A stretch of 52,966 nucleotides of DNA from a bacterium (GTDB taxonomy: Bacteria; Krumholzibacteriota; Krumholzibacteriia; G020349025): contig JANLSU010000091.1 of NCBI GenBank assembly GCA_031362565.1, positions 1-52,966 on the forward strand. The letters are read 5' to 3'. The translations under genes were made by a program, and so were the position numbers. Positions within the stretch are counted from its first letter, which is position 1. Each line of letters begins with the position of its first letter. Below are positions 22,717-32,322 of the stretch, one piece after another. Under the pieces are notes generated by a model that saw only the letters and a program-made list of their open reading frames with translations, searched no databases and was not told where the DNA came from.

Positions 22717-23796
22717 TTGGACCTCTCTCACAGGAGCACCAGCATCTCCATCTCGAATGCGACCGCCCCCTCACGGTCTTGGCTTACCCTCGTCGCCCCC
22801 TACCAGGTGCCCAGCACGCGTAAAGCCGTGCGGCAAGTTTGCACGAGCTTCCTGGCGTATATGGCGATGTGGGCCTTGATGGCGCTCAGCTTGCGGGTTT
22901 CCTACCTGCTGACCCTCGCATTCAGCCTGCCGGCGATCGGCATGCTCGTTCGCATCTTCATCATTCAGCACGACTGCGGGCACGGCTCGTTCACGAAGTC
23001 CAAGCGCGCCAATAACATCATCGGCTTCGCGTGCGGCGTCGTGACGTTGACGCCCTACTCGTACTGGCGGCGCAGCCACGCGATCCATCACGCCACCGCG
23101 AGCCAGCTGGACAACCGCGGCACCGGTGACGTCTGGACGCTGACGATCGATGAGTACGCTCGCGCACCGCGCTGGCGCCAGGCCCAGTACCGTCTGTTCC
23201 GGACGCCCTTTTTCCTGCTGTTCATTGCGCCGGTGGTCCAGTTCGTCGTGCTGCAGCGTTTCCCGTGGAACGGGCCGTGGCGCTGGTCGCGCCAGAACGC
23301 CAGCATCCTGTGGACGAACCTGCTGCTGTTGGCGATTTACGGGGTTCTCATCCACTGGATCGGATGGAGGTCCTTCATCCTGGTCCAACTGCCGCTTGTG
23401 GCTCTGATGGGCAGCGTCGGCATGCTGCTCTTCTATGTGCAGCATCAGTTCGAAGGCACCTACTGGGCCAAGAGCGCCGACTGGGACTATGAGACGGCGG
23501 CACTGCGCGGCAGTTCATTCTTCAAGCTGCCACGCGTTCTGCAGTGGTTCACGGGTAACATCGGTTTTCACCACATCCATCATCTGAGCCACCGCATTCC
23601 GAACTACAACCTGCAGCGTTGCCACGACGACAACCCCAGGTTCCAGAACGTCAACATCATCACGCTGCGGTCGTGCCTGCGGACGCTGAACCTACAGTTG
23701 TGGGATGAAGAGCGCCACATCCTCGTCAGCATCCGCGAAGCCAACCGGCGCCTCAAGGCGCGGACCATGGGCCGTCCCGTCCAACCGGCGCACTAA
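22717..23796 (+). CDS. membrane fatty acid desaturase (Bacillus Des-like); start uncertain
   Basis: Three His boxes HDCGH, HAIHH, HHIHH; QHQFE; GNIGFHH; IPNYNL. Confidence 0.9.
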   Translation: MDLSHRSTSISISNATAPSRSWLTLVAPYQVPSTRKAVRQVCTSFLAYMAMWALMALSLRVSYLLTLAFSLPAIGMLVRIFIIQHDCGHGSFTKSKRANNIIGFACGVVTLTPYSYWRRSHAIHHATASQLDNRGTGDVWTLTIDEYARAPRWRQAQYRLFRTPFFLLFIAPVVQFVVLQRFPWNGPWRWSRQNASILWTNLLLLAIYGVLIHWIGWRSFILVQLPLVALMGSVGMLLFYVQHQFEGTYWAKSADWDYETAALRGSSFFKLPRVLQWFTGNIGFHHIHHLSHRIPNYNLQRCHDDNPRFQNVNIITLRSCLRTLNLQLWDEERHILVSIREANRRLKARTMGRPVQPAH

Positions 23797-23934
23797 GGCT
23801 CGCACGGTCTTTCCTTCCAGCACGCTCCCCCCGTGGCCTGTCCCATGCGGCCCGCACTCAGCGGACCTGGCTGGTTGCTTGGCCTGGGGCCGTTTTTGCG
23901 TCAAGATCCAGTGGGGTAGGAACGGAGGGTGAGG

Positions 23935-25020
23935 ATGGAATCCGCAGCGCTGGAGCCCACCGTCGCCCGCAGTTTGCGGGCCCTCGGGCACATGATCGGC
24001 AATACCCCGCTCCTCGAGCTGCACTGCACCTACCGCGGCCAACCGCGCCTGGTGTACGCGAAGTACGAGCAACTCAACATGACCGGCAGCATCAAGGACC
24101 GGATCGCGCTGCACATCCTGCGGCAGGCCTACGAGCGCGGCGAAATCCGGCCCGGAGACCGGATCGTCGAGGCCACGAGCGGCAACACCGGCATCTCCTT
24201 CGCAGCTCTGGGCGCCGCACTCGGGCACCCGGTCACGATCTTCATGCCGGACTGGATGAGCGCCGAACGCCGGGCCCTGATTGCGAGCTTTGGCGCCACC
24301 ATCGTCCCAGTGAGCAAAGCCGCGGGCGGTTTTCTGGGCGCGATCGCCGGCGCCGAGGAACTCGCGGCCCGCACGCCGCAGGTGTTCTTGCCGTCGCAGT
24401 TCGCCAACAGCGCCAATGTCGACGCCCATTTCACCACCACCGGGCCCGAGATCTGGTGGCAGTTGCGTTTGCACGGCCACACCCCCGATGCGTTCGTGGC
24501 CGGAGTGGGCACCGGCGGCACGGTGATGGGCGTCGGGCGGTTCCTGCGCTCGCAAAGGGCCGGCATTCGCGTTCACCCGCTCGAACCCACTGAGTCGCCG
24601 ACGTTGCGCACCGGCTACAAGGTGGGATCGCACCGCATTCAAGGCGTCTCGGACGAATTCATCCCCGCCGTCGTGAAGCTGGACGAGTTGGACGCGGTGG
24701 TGGACGCATCGGATGGCGATGCGATTCGGATGGCGCAGAAACTGGCGCGCATCGGTCTGGCGGTCGGCATCTCGTCGGGCGCCAACTTGATCGGGGCGCT
24801 GCGAGTGCAGGACGAACTCGGCGCCGGCTCGACCGTGGTCACGGTCTTCAGCGACAGCAACAAGAAGTACTTGAGTACCGCTCTCACGCAGGAAGAACCT
24901 GCACGCCCAGACCACGTCACCAGCGACGTGGAACTGCAGGGCTATCAGGTGTACAACCGCGTTTGCGCCGCTTGCGTCGGCGACGATCCCGTCGAGAATC
25001 CGCCGGCGCGCCTGCGCTGA
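23935..25020 (+). CDS. PLP-dependent cysteine synthase family protein
   Basis: [51 protein letters not shown]. Confidence 0.9.
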   Translation: MESAALEPTVARSLRALGHMIGNTPLLELHCTYRGQPRLVYAKYEQLNMTGSIKDRIALHILRQAYERGEIRPGDRIVEATSGNTGISFAALGAALGHPVTIFMPDWMSAERRALIASFGATIVPVSKAAGGFLGAIAGAEELAARTPQVFLPSQFANSANVDAHFTTTGPEIWWQLRLHGHTPDAFVAGVGTGGTVMGVGRFLRSQRAGIRVHPLEPTESPTLRTGYKVGSHRIQGVSDEFIPAVVKLDELDAVVDASDGDAIRMAQKLARIGLAVGISSGANLIGALRVQDELGAGSTVVTVFSDSNKKYLSTALTQEEPARPDHVTSDVELQGYQVYNRVCAACVGDDPVENPPARLR

Positions 25021-25078
25021 TGGCCCCGGGTGCCCGACCGCCTTGTCGCCGAGGTTTCCGCTCGGGCATTCTCGCGGG

Positions 25079-26332
25079 GTGACGCCGACTTCGAAACCCA
25101 AGACTTCGCTGGGCAAGGACCGCATCCAGGTGCTGCTGCTCGAGGGCGTACACCCGAGTGCGGTCGAGTTGTTCCATGCCGAGGGCTACACCAACGTCCA
25201 GATGCACGCCAAGGCGCTGCCCGAAGAGCGCCTGGTGGCGTTGCTCGCCGACACCCACATCCTCGGAATTCGCTCCCGCACCCAGCTCACGCCCAGGGTG
25301 CTCGAGCAAGCGCCGAAGCTGATTGCGGTGGGCGCGTTCTGCATCGGCACCAACCAGGTCGACTTGGCGGCTGCCGAAGGGCTCGGCATCCCGGTGTTCA
25401 ACGCCCCGTTCTCGAATACCCGCAGCGTGGCCGAGATGGTCGTCGCGGAGGTCGTCCTGCTCCTGCGCGGCATCCCGGCCAAGAGTGCCGCCGCGCACCG
25501 TGGCGAGTGGATCAAGTCGGCATCCGGCGCCCGTGAAGCGCGCGGCAAGGTGCTCGGCATCATCGGCTACGGACACATCGGCACCCAGGCGGGCTTGCTG
25601 GCCGAAGCCCTCGGCATGCAAGTGATCTACCACGACGTCGAGAGCAAGCTCGCACTCGGCAATGCGACGCCGGTCCGGACTCTCGACGCTCTGCTCGAAC
25701 GTGCCGACGTCATCACGCTGCATGTGCCCGACACGGCGCAAACGCGGCTCTTGATCGGCAAGAAGCAGATCGCGCGCATGAAGCCCGGGGCCGCACTCAT
25801 CAATGCCTCGCGCGGCACCGTGGTGGATCTCGACGCCCTCGCCGCGGGGCTCGAATCCGGGCATATCGCGGGTGCTGCCGTCGACGTGTTCCCGCACGAG
25901 CCCGAATCAAACGATGAAGTCTTTGCGACGCCGCTCGCCCGCTTCGACAATGTCATTCTGACGCCGCACGTCGGTGGCAGCACCGAGGAAGCGCAAGACA
26001 ACATCGGCCGCGAAGTGGCGGAGAAACTGCTCCGTTACAGCGACAACGGTTCCACCCTGACGTCGGTCAATTTCCCCGAAGTCGCGCTGCCGGCGCACGC
26101 CGGCAAGCACCGGCTGCTCCACATCCATCGCAACCGGCCGGGCATGCTGTCGGCCGTGAACGAAGTCTTCTCGCGCCACGGCGTCAACGTGGCGGCGCAG
26201 TACCTGCAGACGACCCCTCGGATCGGCTACGTCGTCATCGACGTGGATCCTGCCGACCACGACGACACCCGGACGCTTCGCCGCGATCTGGACGCCATCA
26301 ACGGCACCATCCGGACGCGATTGCTGTACTGA
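25079..26332 (+). CDS. serA: D-3-phosphoglycerate dehydrogenase (E. coli type with ACT domain)
   Basis: GIRSRT, FCIGTNQVD, NAPFSNTRSVAE, GIIGYGHIG, INASRG, TPHVGGST.EAQ, HIHRNRPG. Confidence 0.95.
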   Translation: MTPTSKPKTSLGKDRIQVLLLEGVHPSAVELFHAEGYTNVQMHAKALPEERLVALLADTHILGIRSRTQLTPRVLEQAPKLIAVGAFCIGTNQVDLAAAEGLGIPVFNAPFSNTRSVAEMVVAEVVLLLRGIPAKSAAAHRGEWIKSASGAREARGKVLGIIGYGHIGTQAGLLAEALGMQVIYHDVESKLALGNATPVRTLDALLERADVITLHVPDTAQTRLLIGKKQIARMKPGAALINASRGTVVDLDALAAGLESGHIAGAAVDVFPHEPESNDEVFATPLARFDNVILTPHVGGSTEEAQDNIGREVAEKLLRYSDNGSTLTSVNFPEVALPAHAGKHRLLHIHRNRPGMLSAVNEVFSRHGVNVAAQYLQTTPRIGYVVIDVDPADHDDTRTLRRDLDAINGTIRTRLLY

Positions 26333-26445
26333 CGCCTGGGCCGGCCAGGCCCGAGCCTGTCCGTGTGCCTCGCCGGGCGTAGAATTTGCATGATCACTGT
26401 CGCTGTTGTTTCTCGTTGTCCCCTTTGGGCATGCGGGAGGATCGC

Positions 26446-27774
26446 GTGGAATATCGACCTTCATTCTTGCGTCTGGCGCTCGGGGTGGCCCTTGTCGCCG
26501 GCCTGGTGTCGGGATGCGAGGACGACATTGCGCCCAGCACATTCGACGCAACCGCGCCGTCCACGGTAGCGGATCTCCGCGCCACGGTTGTCGACGCGCA
26601 GTCCATACGCTTGGATTGGACCGCGCCGGGGGACGACGCCGGCAGCGGGCGGGCGACGGCCTACGAGATCCGTTATTCCACGACTGCCATCGACGCACAG
26701 AATTTTTCCAGCGCGGCCCCAGCCACCGGGCGCACGCGCCCCTCGACCGCAGGCACGGCGGAGAGTTTCACCGTTGGCGGCCTCGACGACAGTTTCACGT
26801 ATTCGTTCGCGCTCCGGACAGCGGACGAGTCCGGCAACTGGTCGGCCGTTTCGAACGTGATCCTTGCGGTTGCACTCGACGAAGCGGCACCTGGGCAGGT
26901 CACGGACCTCGGGCCGGCGGCCATCACGCTGCGAACGGTCACCCTGGCCTGGACGGCCCCCGGCGACAACGGCGTGGAAGGAACGGCGACGCACTATCTG
27001 GTGCGTTACGCGGCAGGTTCAAGCCTGGTTTGGGACACGGCGCTCCCGGTCGCCGACGCGGACGTTCCGGCTCCGGCAGTCGGCGGAACCAGTCAGGAGT
27101 GCGTCATCAGCGGATTGCAGCCCTTCCAAACGTATAGCTTCGCCATTCGAACCGACGACAACGCCGGAAACTCGTCGCCGGTTTCGATTCCAACCACCGC
27201 ACTGACGGACACGCCCGGGGACGAAACGGAGTTGGTCGAGAAGCTCGTATGGGTGTACGCCCACCGCGACGCCGCCAACTACCCTGGACTCTTTTCACCC
27301 GACTTCCTCCATCGCTCGAGCGATGGCACGACCGAGTGGGACGTGACCGAGGAACTCCGCATTCACCAGCGGATGTTCCGGCCGCAGGACGTCGCGCCGG
27401 CCGACACCCCGGTTCCCGCGGACTTGTGGCTCGTCTCGATCACTGCCGCGCTCACCCGAGGCGGACCCTGGAACGAAATGTCGGAATTCTATTTCGACCC
27501 CGACACCAACCCCACCGGTCTCGACCCGGTGCGGTGGCGTGTGATCGGCACCGACTACAGCAACGCCCTGTTTTTTCAAACCCAGGGTCCAACGCAATAC
27601 CAAGCCGACGGCGTCCAGTTTTTCGTCGTCGTCGAGGACTTGTCGTTGCGAGTCGGCACGGCAGGCAAGTTCAGCCTGTACCGCTGGGAAGATCTTGGTT
27701 CGCAGAACGCGCCCGGCTTGCGAGCCGCAATGGCGATCGCCAGTTGGAGCGAGGTCAAGAGCCTGTACCGCTGA
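26446..27774 (+). CDS. lipoprotein with two fibronectin type III domains, an unknown C-terminal domain and a SWSEVKSLYR tail
   Basis: GGAGG RBS before GTG 26446; lipobox VSG-C; two repeats of WTAPGD.G..G.AT.Y.(I/V)RY ... YSFA(L/I)RT.D..GN.S.VS. Confidence 0.8.
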   Translation: MEYRPSFLRLALGVALVAGLVSGCEDDIAPSTFDATAPSTVADLRATVVDAQSIRLDWTAPGDDAGSGRATAYEIRYSTTAIDAQNFSSAAPATGRTRPSTAGTAESFTVGGLDDSFTYSFALRTADESGNWSAVSNVILAVALDEAAPGQVTDLGPAAITLRTVTLAWTAPGDNGVEGTATHYLVRYAAGSSLVWDTALPVADADVPAPAVGGTSQECVISGLQPFQTYSFAIRTDDNAGNSSPVSIPTTALTDTPGDETELVEKLVWVYAHRDAANYPGLFSPDFLHRSSDGTTEWDVTEELRIHQRMFRPQDVAPADTPVPADLWLVSITAALTRGGPWNEMSEFYFDPDTNPTGLDPVRWRVIGTDYSNALFFQTQGPTQYQADGVQFFVVVEDLSLRVGTAGKFSLYRWEDLGSQNAPGLRAAMAIASWSEVKSLYR

Positions 27775-27783
27775 ATTCGCTGC

Positions 27784-28764
27784 TCACGGCTCCCAAATAG
27801 CGACTTCGAACCGGCCGTTGGAATCGGCGGCGCCGCGATACATGCCGGCGCTGTTGAAGACGAGGGCGATTTCGCCGTTGTGTGAGACGGCGATAAGGCC
27901 GCCGTCGCCGGGCTTGAGCTTGCCGTCGATGACTGCGTGCGCCGCATCGGCGAGCGGCATGGCGCGGTACTCGACCAGCGCCGCTACGTCGCGGGCGACG
28001 GTATTGCGGATGAACTGCTCCCCCTGGCCGGTGCACGAGACAGCGCAGTTGCGGTCGTTGGCGTAGGTTCCGGCGCCAATGATCGGGGCGTCCCCGACCC
28101 GGCCCCAGCGCTTGTTCGTGAGGCCTCCCGTGGAGGTCGCCGCGGCCAGATGCCCCTGCGTGTCGAGCGCCACGCAACCTACGGTGCCGAATTTGTTCTC
28201 CGCCAAAGCCTTGCGTAACTCCTCCCGGCGCCGGCGCGTGTCGAACCAATGGTTGTTGACGGCCGGTATGCCCTGGGATCGCGCGAACGCCTCTGCCCCC
28301 TCGCCCACGAGTAGCACGTGTTTCGATTGCTCCATCACGAGCCGTGCGAGATGGATGGGATTCTTCACTGTTCGCACCCCTGCCACCGATCCGCAGGCGA
28401 GTGTTGCACCGTTCATGATGGCGGCGTCCAGCTCGTGCGTCCCGTCGTGCGTGAAGACGGCACCTTTGCCGGCGTTGAAGAGCGAATCGTCCTCGAAGAA
28501 CTGCACCACGGCCTCGACCGCATCGAGACTCGTCCCGCCCTGCGCCAGAATGCCGCGGCCCAACTCGAGCCCACGCTGGAGCGACGCGCGGTACGCCTCG
28601 ACAAGCACGGGGTTCATGTCCTTGGGAATCGTGCCAGCGCCACCGTGCAAAGCGATCGCCCAGCGTGGCTTGGACGCGTCCGCGGCAGGGTTCTGTGCCG
28701 CCGACAAAGCGACAGCGAGAGCGACGGCCACGATCATCAAGAGGCGGCCCAGGCGAATTCGCAT
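27784..28764 (-). CDS. iaaA: isoaspartyl peptidase/L-asparaginase (Ntn hydrolase) with signal peptide
   Basis: IALHGGAG, FNAGKG, ELDAAIM, NPI.LAR, GTVG.VA, ATSTGG, GRVGD.PIIGAG.YA, SCTG.GE. Confidence 0.92.
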   Translation of the reverse strand: MRIRLGRLLMIVAVALAVALSAAQNPAADASKPRWAIALHGGAGTIPKDMNPVLVEAYRASLQRGLELGRGILAQGGTSLDAVEAVVQFFEDDSLFNAGKGAVFTHDGTHELDAAIMNGATLACGSVAGVRTVKNPIHLARLVMEQSKHVLLVGEGAEAFARSQGIPAVNNHWFDTRRRREELRKALAENKFGTVGCVALDTQGHLAAATSTGGLTNKRWGRVGDAPIIGAGTYANDRNCAVSCTGQGEQFIRNTVARDVAALVEYRAMPLADAAHAVIDGKLKPGDGGLIAVSHNGEIALVFNSAGMYRGAADSNGRFEVAIWEP

Positions 28765-28934
28765 CGCAAATCTCCGGGAAAAGGTGTGAAGCCCTGCGGA
28801 GCATAGCAGAAGACCGCACCAAGGGTCCCCTGCACGGGCCACGGGTGGTACGCTCCGGCGCGCCGGAGCGGCGCGCGAGTACAGCTGCCGTCGCGCGGCG
28901 ATTTTCCCCCGAGCATCCGAAAGAGGGGCTTGGC

Positions 28935-30662
28935 ATGCAGCGGGTCGGCAGGGTTCTGATCGCGCTCTGTTTGTTCGGTGCGGTGCCGGCGCACGCCAAG
29001 TCGCGCGCCGACGCCGGCCTCGCCTACCGTTTCACGCTGGTCCGTTCGCCGGCGGTTTCGGTGCACGTGGAATTGCAGTGTCAGGGCTCGGACAGCAGCG
29101 CAACGTGGCTGGTCGTGACCCGCGAGTGGGGCGGAGTGGACACCGGCGGCGACGACCTCGCGAATGCCGCCGCTTGGGGGCCGGCCGGCGAGACGCTTGT
29201 CGTGACGCACCCGCAACCCAACCGCTGGCGGGTGCAGCACGCGCCGGGCGCTGCCATTCGCTTCACGTACGAGATTCCGGCCAACGCGAATCAAGACGAC
29301 AGCAGTCCAAAGACCCACCGGCGGCCCATTGTGAACGAGCGCCTGTTCCACATGTACGGCGATGTGGGACTCGCGTGGCCGGACGGCCTCGATGAAGCCG
29401 CCAAGCGGCGCATTTCGGTGGCATGGATCGATTTCGAACCGGCGGGTTGGCGCGTCGCGAGTTCATTCGGCACCGGGACGCGGCCGCGCACGTTTTCCAC
29501 CAGCCTCGCGCAACTACACAGCTCGGTGTGGATGGCGGGCGACATCGATGTCATGCGCCGCGACATCAAGGGGCGGCCGCTGTGGATTGCAGCGCAGCGT
29601 GGGCCGTGGACGTTTCAATTGAGCGAGTTCGCCGCCATGTCGCATACGATCGTGCGGATGGAGCGCCAGTTCTTCGACGATTATAACTATCCGTTCTATT
29701 TGATCACCCTCGTTCCGACCGGCAAGGCCGGTACCGGCAGCCACTCGTTGGGTGGCACGGGGCTCACGAATTCATTTTCGCTCTGCATGATTCCGGATAC
29801 GCCATTGCACGCCGATCTCGGTGCCGGTATGAACGTGGCGGCGCTGCTGGCCCACGAGATGTTCCATCAGTGGGACGGACACACGATCGTGCCGGCCGAT
29901 CCCGAAGAGCTGTGCTACTGGTTCACGGAAGGCTTCACCGATTTCTACATGCGGCGCCTGTTGCATCGCAACGGGCTCGTATCCAACGATGATTTCGCCG
30001 CGCATGTGAACAAGAAGCTCAGTGGACTGTGGACTACGGAAGTACACGCTGCCCCGAACGCACGGATTCAAGCCGATTTCTGGAAGAGCCCGGCTGTGCA
30101 ACGCCTGCCCTACCTTCGCGGCGACGTCATCGCGATGATCGTCGATCATGCGATCCGAATCCGGTCCGGTGGCAAGCGCAGCCTCGATGATCTCATGCGT
30201 GAACTGGTACGCGACGCGAAGGCACACCACACGAAGGTCTCCACGGACCTTCTGCTCGATCGCTTCGCGACGGAGGCCGGCCCGGAAACCGCTGCACACG
30301 TGCGGTCGGTTGTCGCCGATGGCGCGACCCCGGTCTTGGCGCCCGATACCTTCGCGCCGTGTTTCGCAGTCGAGGAGCAGGAGGTTGCGCCCTTCGAAAT
30401 GGGCTTCGATTTCGACCGCGCGCGCCAAAGCCACACGATCACCGGGCTGGTGCCCGGCTCGGCTGCCGCCCGAGCCGGACTCCAAGAAGGACAAAAAGTC
30501 AGCGCCTGGAGCGTGACATACGGAGACGTCTCGCGGCCCGTGGTGATCACAATTCTGGAAAACGGCGATCGCCGGGACATCCGCTACGAGGCCAAGGGTC
30601 CGTCGGTGCGGGCACCGCAGATCACCGCGAGACCGCAACCCGCCGGGCGCTGCGCCCCCTAA
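28935..30662 (+). CDS. secreted M61-like zinc aminopeptidase with PDZ-like C-terminus
   Basis: Signal peptide ending AHA; LLAHEMFHQW (HExxH) plus WFTEGFTDFY; PY.RG; PGSAAARAGLQEG. Confidence 0.8.
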   Translation: MQRVGRVLIALCLFGAVPAHAKSRADAGLAYRFTLVRSPAVSVHVELQCQGSDSSATWLVVTREWGGVDTGGDDLANAAAWGPAGETLVVTHPQPNRWRVQHAPGAAIRFTYEIPANANQDDSSPKTHRRPIVNERLFHMYGDVGLAWPDGLDEAAKRRISVAWIDFEPAGWRVASSFGTGTRPRTFSTSLAQLHSSVWMAGDIDVMRRDIKGRPLWIAAQRGPWTFQLSEFAAMSHTIVRMERQFFDDYNYPFYLITLVPTGKAGTGSHSLGGTGLTNSFSLCMIPDTPLHADLGAGMNVAALLAHEMFHQWDGHTIVPADPEELCYWFTEGFTDFYMRRLLHRNGLVSNDDFAAHVNKKLSGLWTTEVHAAPNARIQADFWKSPAVQRLPYLRGDVIAMIVDHAIRIRSGGKRSLDDLMRELVRDAKAHHTKVSTDLLLDRFATEAGPETAAHVRSVVADGATPVLAPDTFAPCFAVEEQEVAPFEMGFDFDRARQSHTITGLVPGSAAARAGLQEGQKVSAWSVTYGDVSRPVVITILENGDRRDIRYEAKGPSVRAPQITARPQPAGRCAP

Positions 30663-30770
30663 GCCTCTTTCCAGACGGCCGGGCCACATGAAGGGCGACC
30701 TGCGGGCCGTGTTTCGGGTGTCGCATTCAATCGCATCATTCCGCGTCGCGCCTTATCGCGGCGGCCCAAT

Positions 30771-30803
30771 GTTCACGAGATGTTAACAAACCGTTCATCG
30801 TGT
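30771..30803 (+). promoter_or_regulatory. three 11-bp direct-repeat units, PHO-box/OmpR-family operator-like
   Basis: GTTCACgagat GTTAACaaacc GTTCATcgtgt start at 30771, 30782 and 30793, about 90 bp upstream of the porin gene. Confidence 0.65.
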
Positions 30804-30891
30804 GAAAGCAGTGTTTCAATAGAATTATGAACGAGTCACGAGAACATCCAACATTGGCGGAATCGACAAAATGTTGCTCAAGGAGGCAAGC

Positions 30892-32247
30892 ATGACCGGC
30901 AGAGGAGCTTTGTGCGGCGTGGTGGCGCTTGTGGCCGGACTTTGCATGGCGGCCGCCGCACACGCACAAGCATTCTTCTATCGTGAGGAGGCGCGGGACG
31001 GCCGCATTTACGTCTTTGCGCAGACCAGCGCGTACCAGAACTGGATAAAGGCGAACGGCGAGATGGGGAAGTCCACCTCGCGGATCGGCTACGGTCCGAA
31101 TGGCGAGACGGTGGTCTTCGATAGCGACGACGCCATCAATCTCTACAACTATAAGCACGACAAGGCGGGCGAGGTCTTCGCCAAGCCGGCGGAACCGCCC
31201 AAGCCCGCCGCCGAACCGGTCGCCAAGCTCGGCGGTACGATCTTCTCGGAGTACGTTTTCACCCATGACCCGGCCGAGAAGGACGCGAGCGGCAATACGA
31301 TCCGCAAGACTGCCTTCGAGGTGCGCCGCGCCTACATCAACGTCACGGGCAACATCTCGGACATCCTCTCGTACCGGGTCACGCCCGATGTCGCAGCGCG
31401 CCAAGCGACGGCGTCGAGCAACCTGCCGGCGGGCGCGAGCGTCAGCTCCAACTTGGACGGCAGTCTCACGTACCGCCTCAAGTACGCCTACGGTCAGATG
31501 AGCTTCGACCGCTGGATGCGGACGAAGGGCTCGTGGCTTCGCCTCGGCCAGCAACAGACACCCTACGTGGACTTCATCGAAGGTGTGTACCGCTATCGCT
31601 TCGAAGGCACGGTGTTCGTGGATCGCGAGAGTTTTCTGAGCTCGTCCGACGTCGGCATCTCGGGCCGTTGGGTGGCGCCGCGCGAATACGGTGACCTGCA
31701 CCTCGGCATCTACAACGGCGAGACGTACTCCAAGCCGGAAGCCAACGACCAGAAGGCGATCCAATTGCGGGCTTCGCTGCGGCCGCTGCCGCGCTCGGCG
31801 GAACTCAAGGGGCTCCGCCTCACCGGGTTCATCGACCGCGACCGGCCGCTGCGTGGCGGCAAACGCAACCGGGCCGTCGGTGCGCTGACCTTCGAGCATC
31901 GCTTCGTCAACGCCGGCTTCGAGTTCCTGCGGACCCGTGACCGTGCGAACGGCAGCGCGGCGATCATCGATGCGGATGGATACTCGGGGTGGATCACCCC
32001 GCGGACCAAGTTCGGGCTCGAAGGGCTGCTGCGCTACGACAGCCTGCGCCCGAACCGGAACAGCCCAGCGTCTAACGACGCGCGCCGCTCCCGCACCTTG
32101 GTCGGGGCCGCGTACTGGTTCAAGGCGGCCGGGAAGTCACCGCTCGCAGCCGCCGTGCTCGCCGAGTACGAGCACGTGAAGTACGACTCGTCGTTCAACA
32201 AGGTCGACGAGAACCGCTACGCTCTCAAGTCGCTTCTCGCCTTCTGA
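30892..32247 (+). CDS. outer-membrane porin (OprO/OprP-like) with a small N-terminal extra domain
   Basis: AAGGAGG RBS; signal peptide; FEVRRAYINVTG, RLKYAY, LRLGQQ.TP, GIYNGE; amphipathic strands; C-terminal Phe. Confidence 0.75.
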   Translation: MTGRGALCGVVALVAGLCMAAAAHAQAFFYREEARDGRIYVFAQTSAYQNWIKANGEMGKSTSRIGYGPNGETVVFDSDDAINLYNYKHDKAGEVFAKPAEPPKPAAEPVAKLGGTIFSEYVFTHDPAEKDASGNTIRKTAFEVRRAYINVTGNISDILSYRVTPDVAARQATASSNLPAGASVSSNLDGSLTYRLKYAYGQMSFDRWMRTKGSWLRLGQQQTPYVDFIEGVYRYRFEGTVFVDRESFLSSSDVGISGRWVAPREYGDLHLGIYNGETYSKPEANDQKAIQLRASLRPLPRSAELKGLRLTGFIDRDRPLRGGKRNRAVGALTFEHRFVNAGFEFLRTRDRANGSAAIIDADGYSGWITPRTKFGLEGLLRYDSLRPNRNSPASNDARRSRTLVGAAYWFKAAGKSPLAAAVLAEYEHVKYDSSFNKVDENRYALKSLLAF

Positions 32248-32259
32248 GATTGCAACACG

Positions 32260-32292
32260 GCGGGGCGGCCTCTCGGCCGCCCCGCATCTTTT
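32260..32292 (+). terminator. intrinsic terminator between the convergent porin and mtrB-like genes
   Basis: GCGGGGCGGCC-tctc-GGCCGCCCCGC is a perfect 11-bp stem, followed by ATCTTTT. Confidence 0.75.
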
Positions 32293-32322
32293 CCCAACCC
32301 TTGTTGCAGTTGCCCGCTTCGC

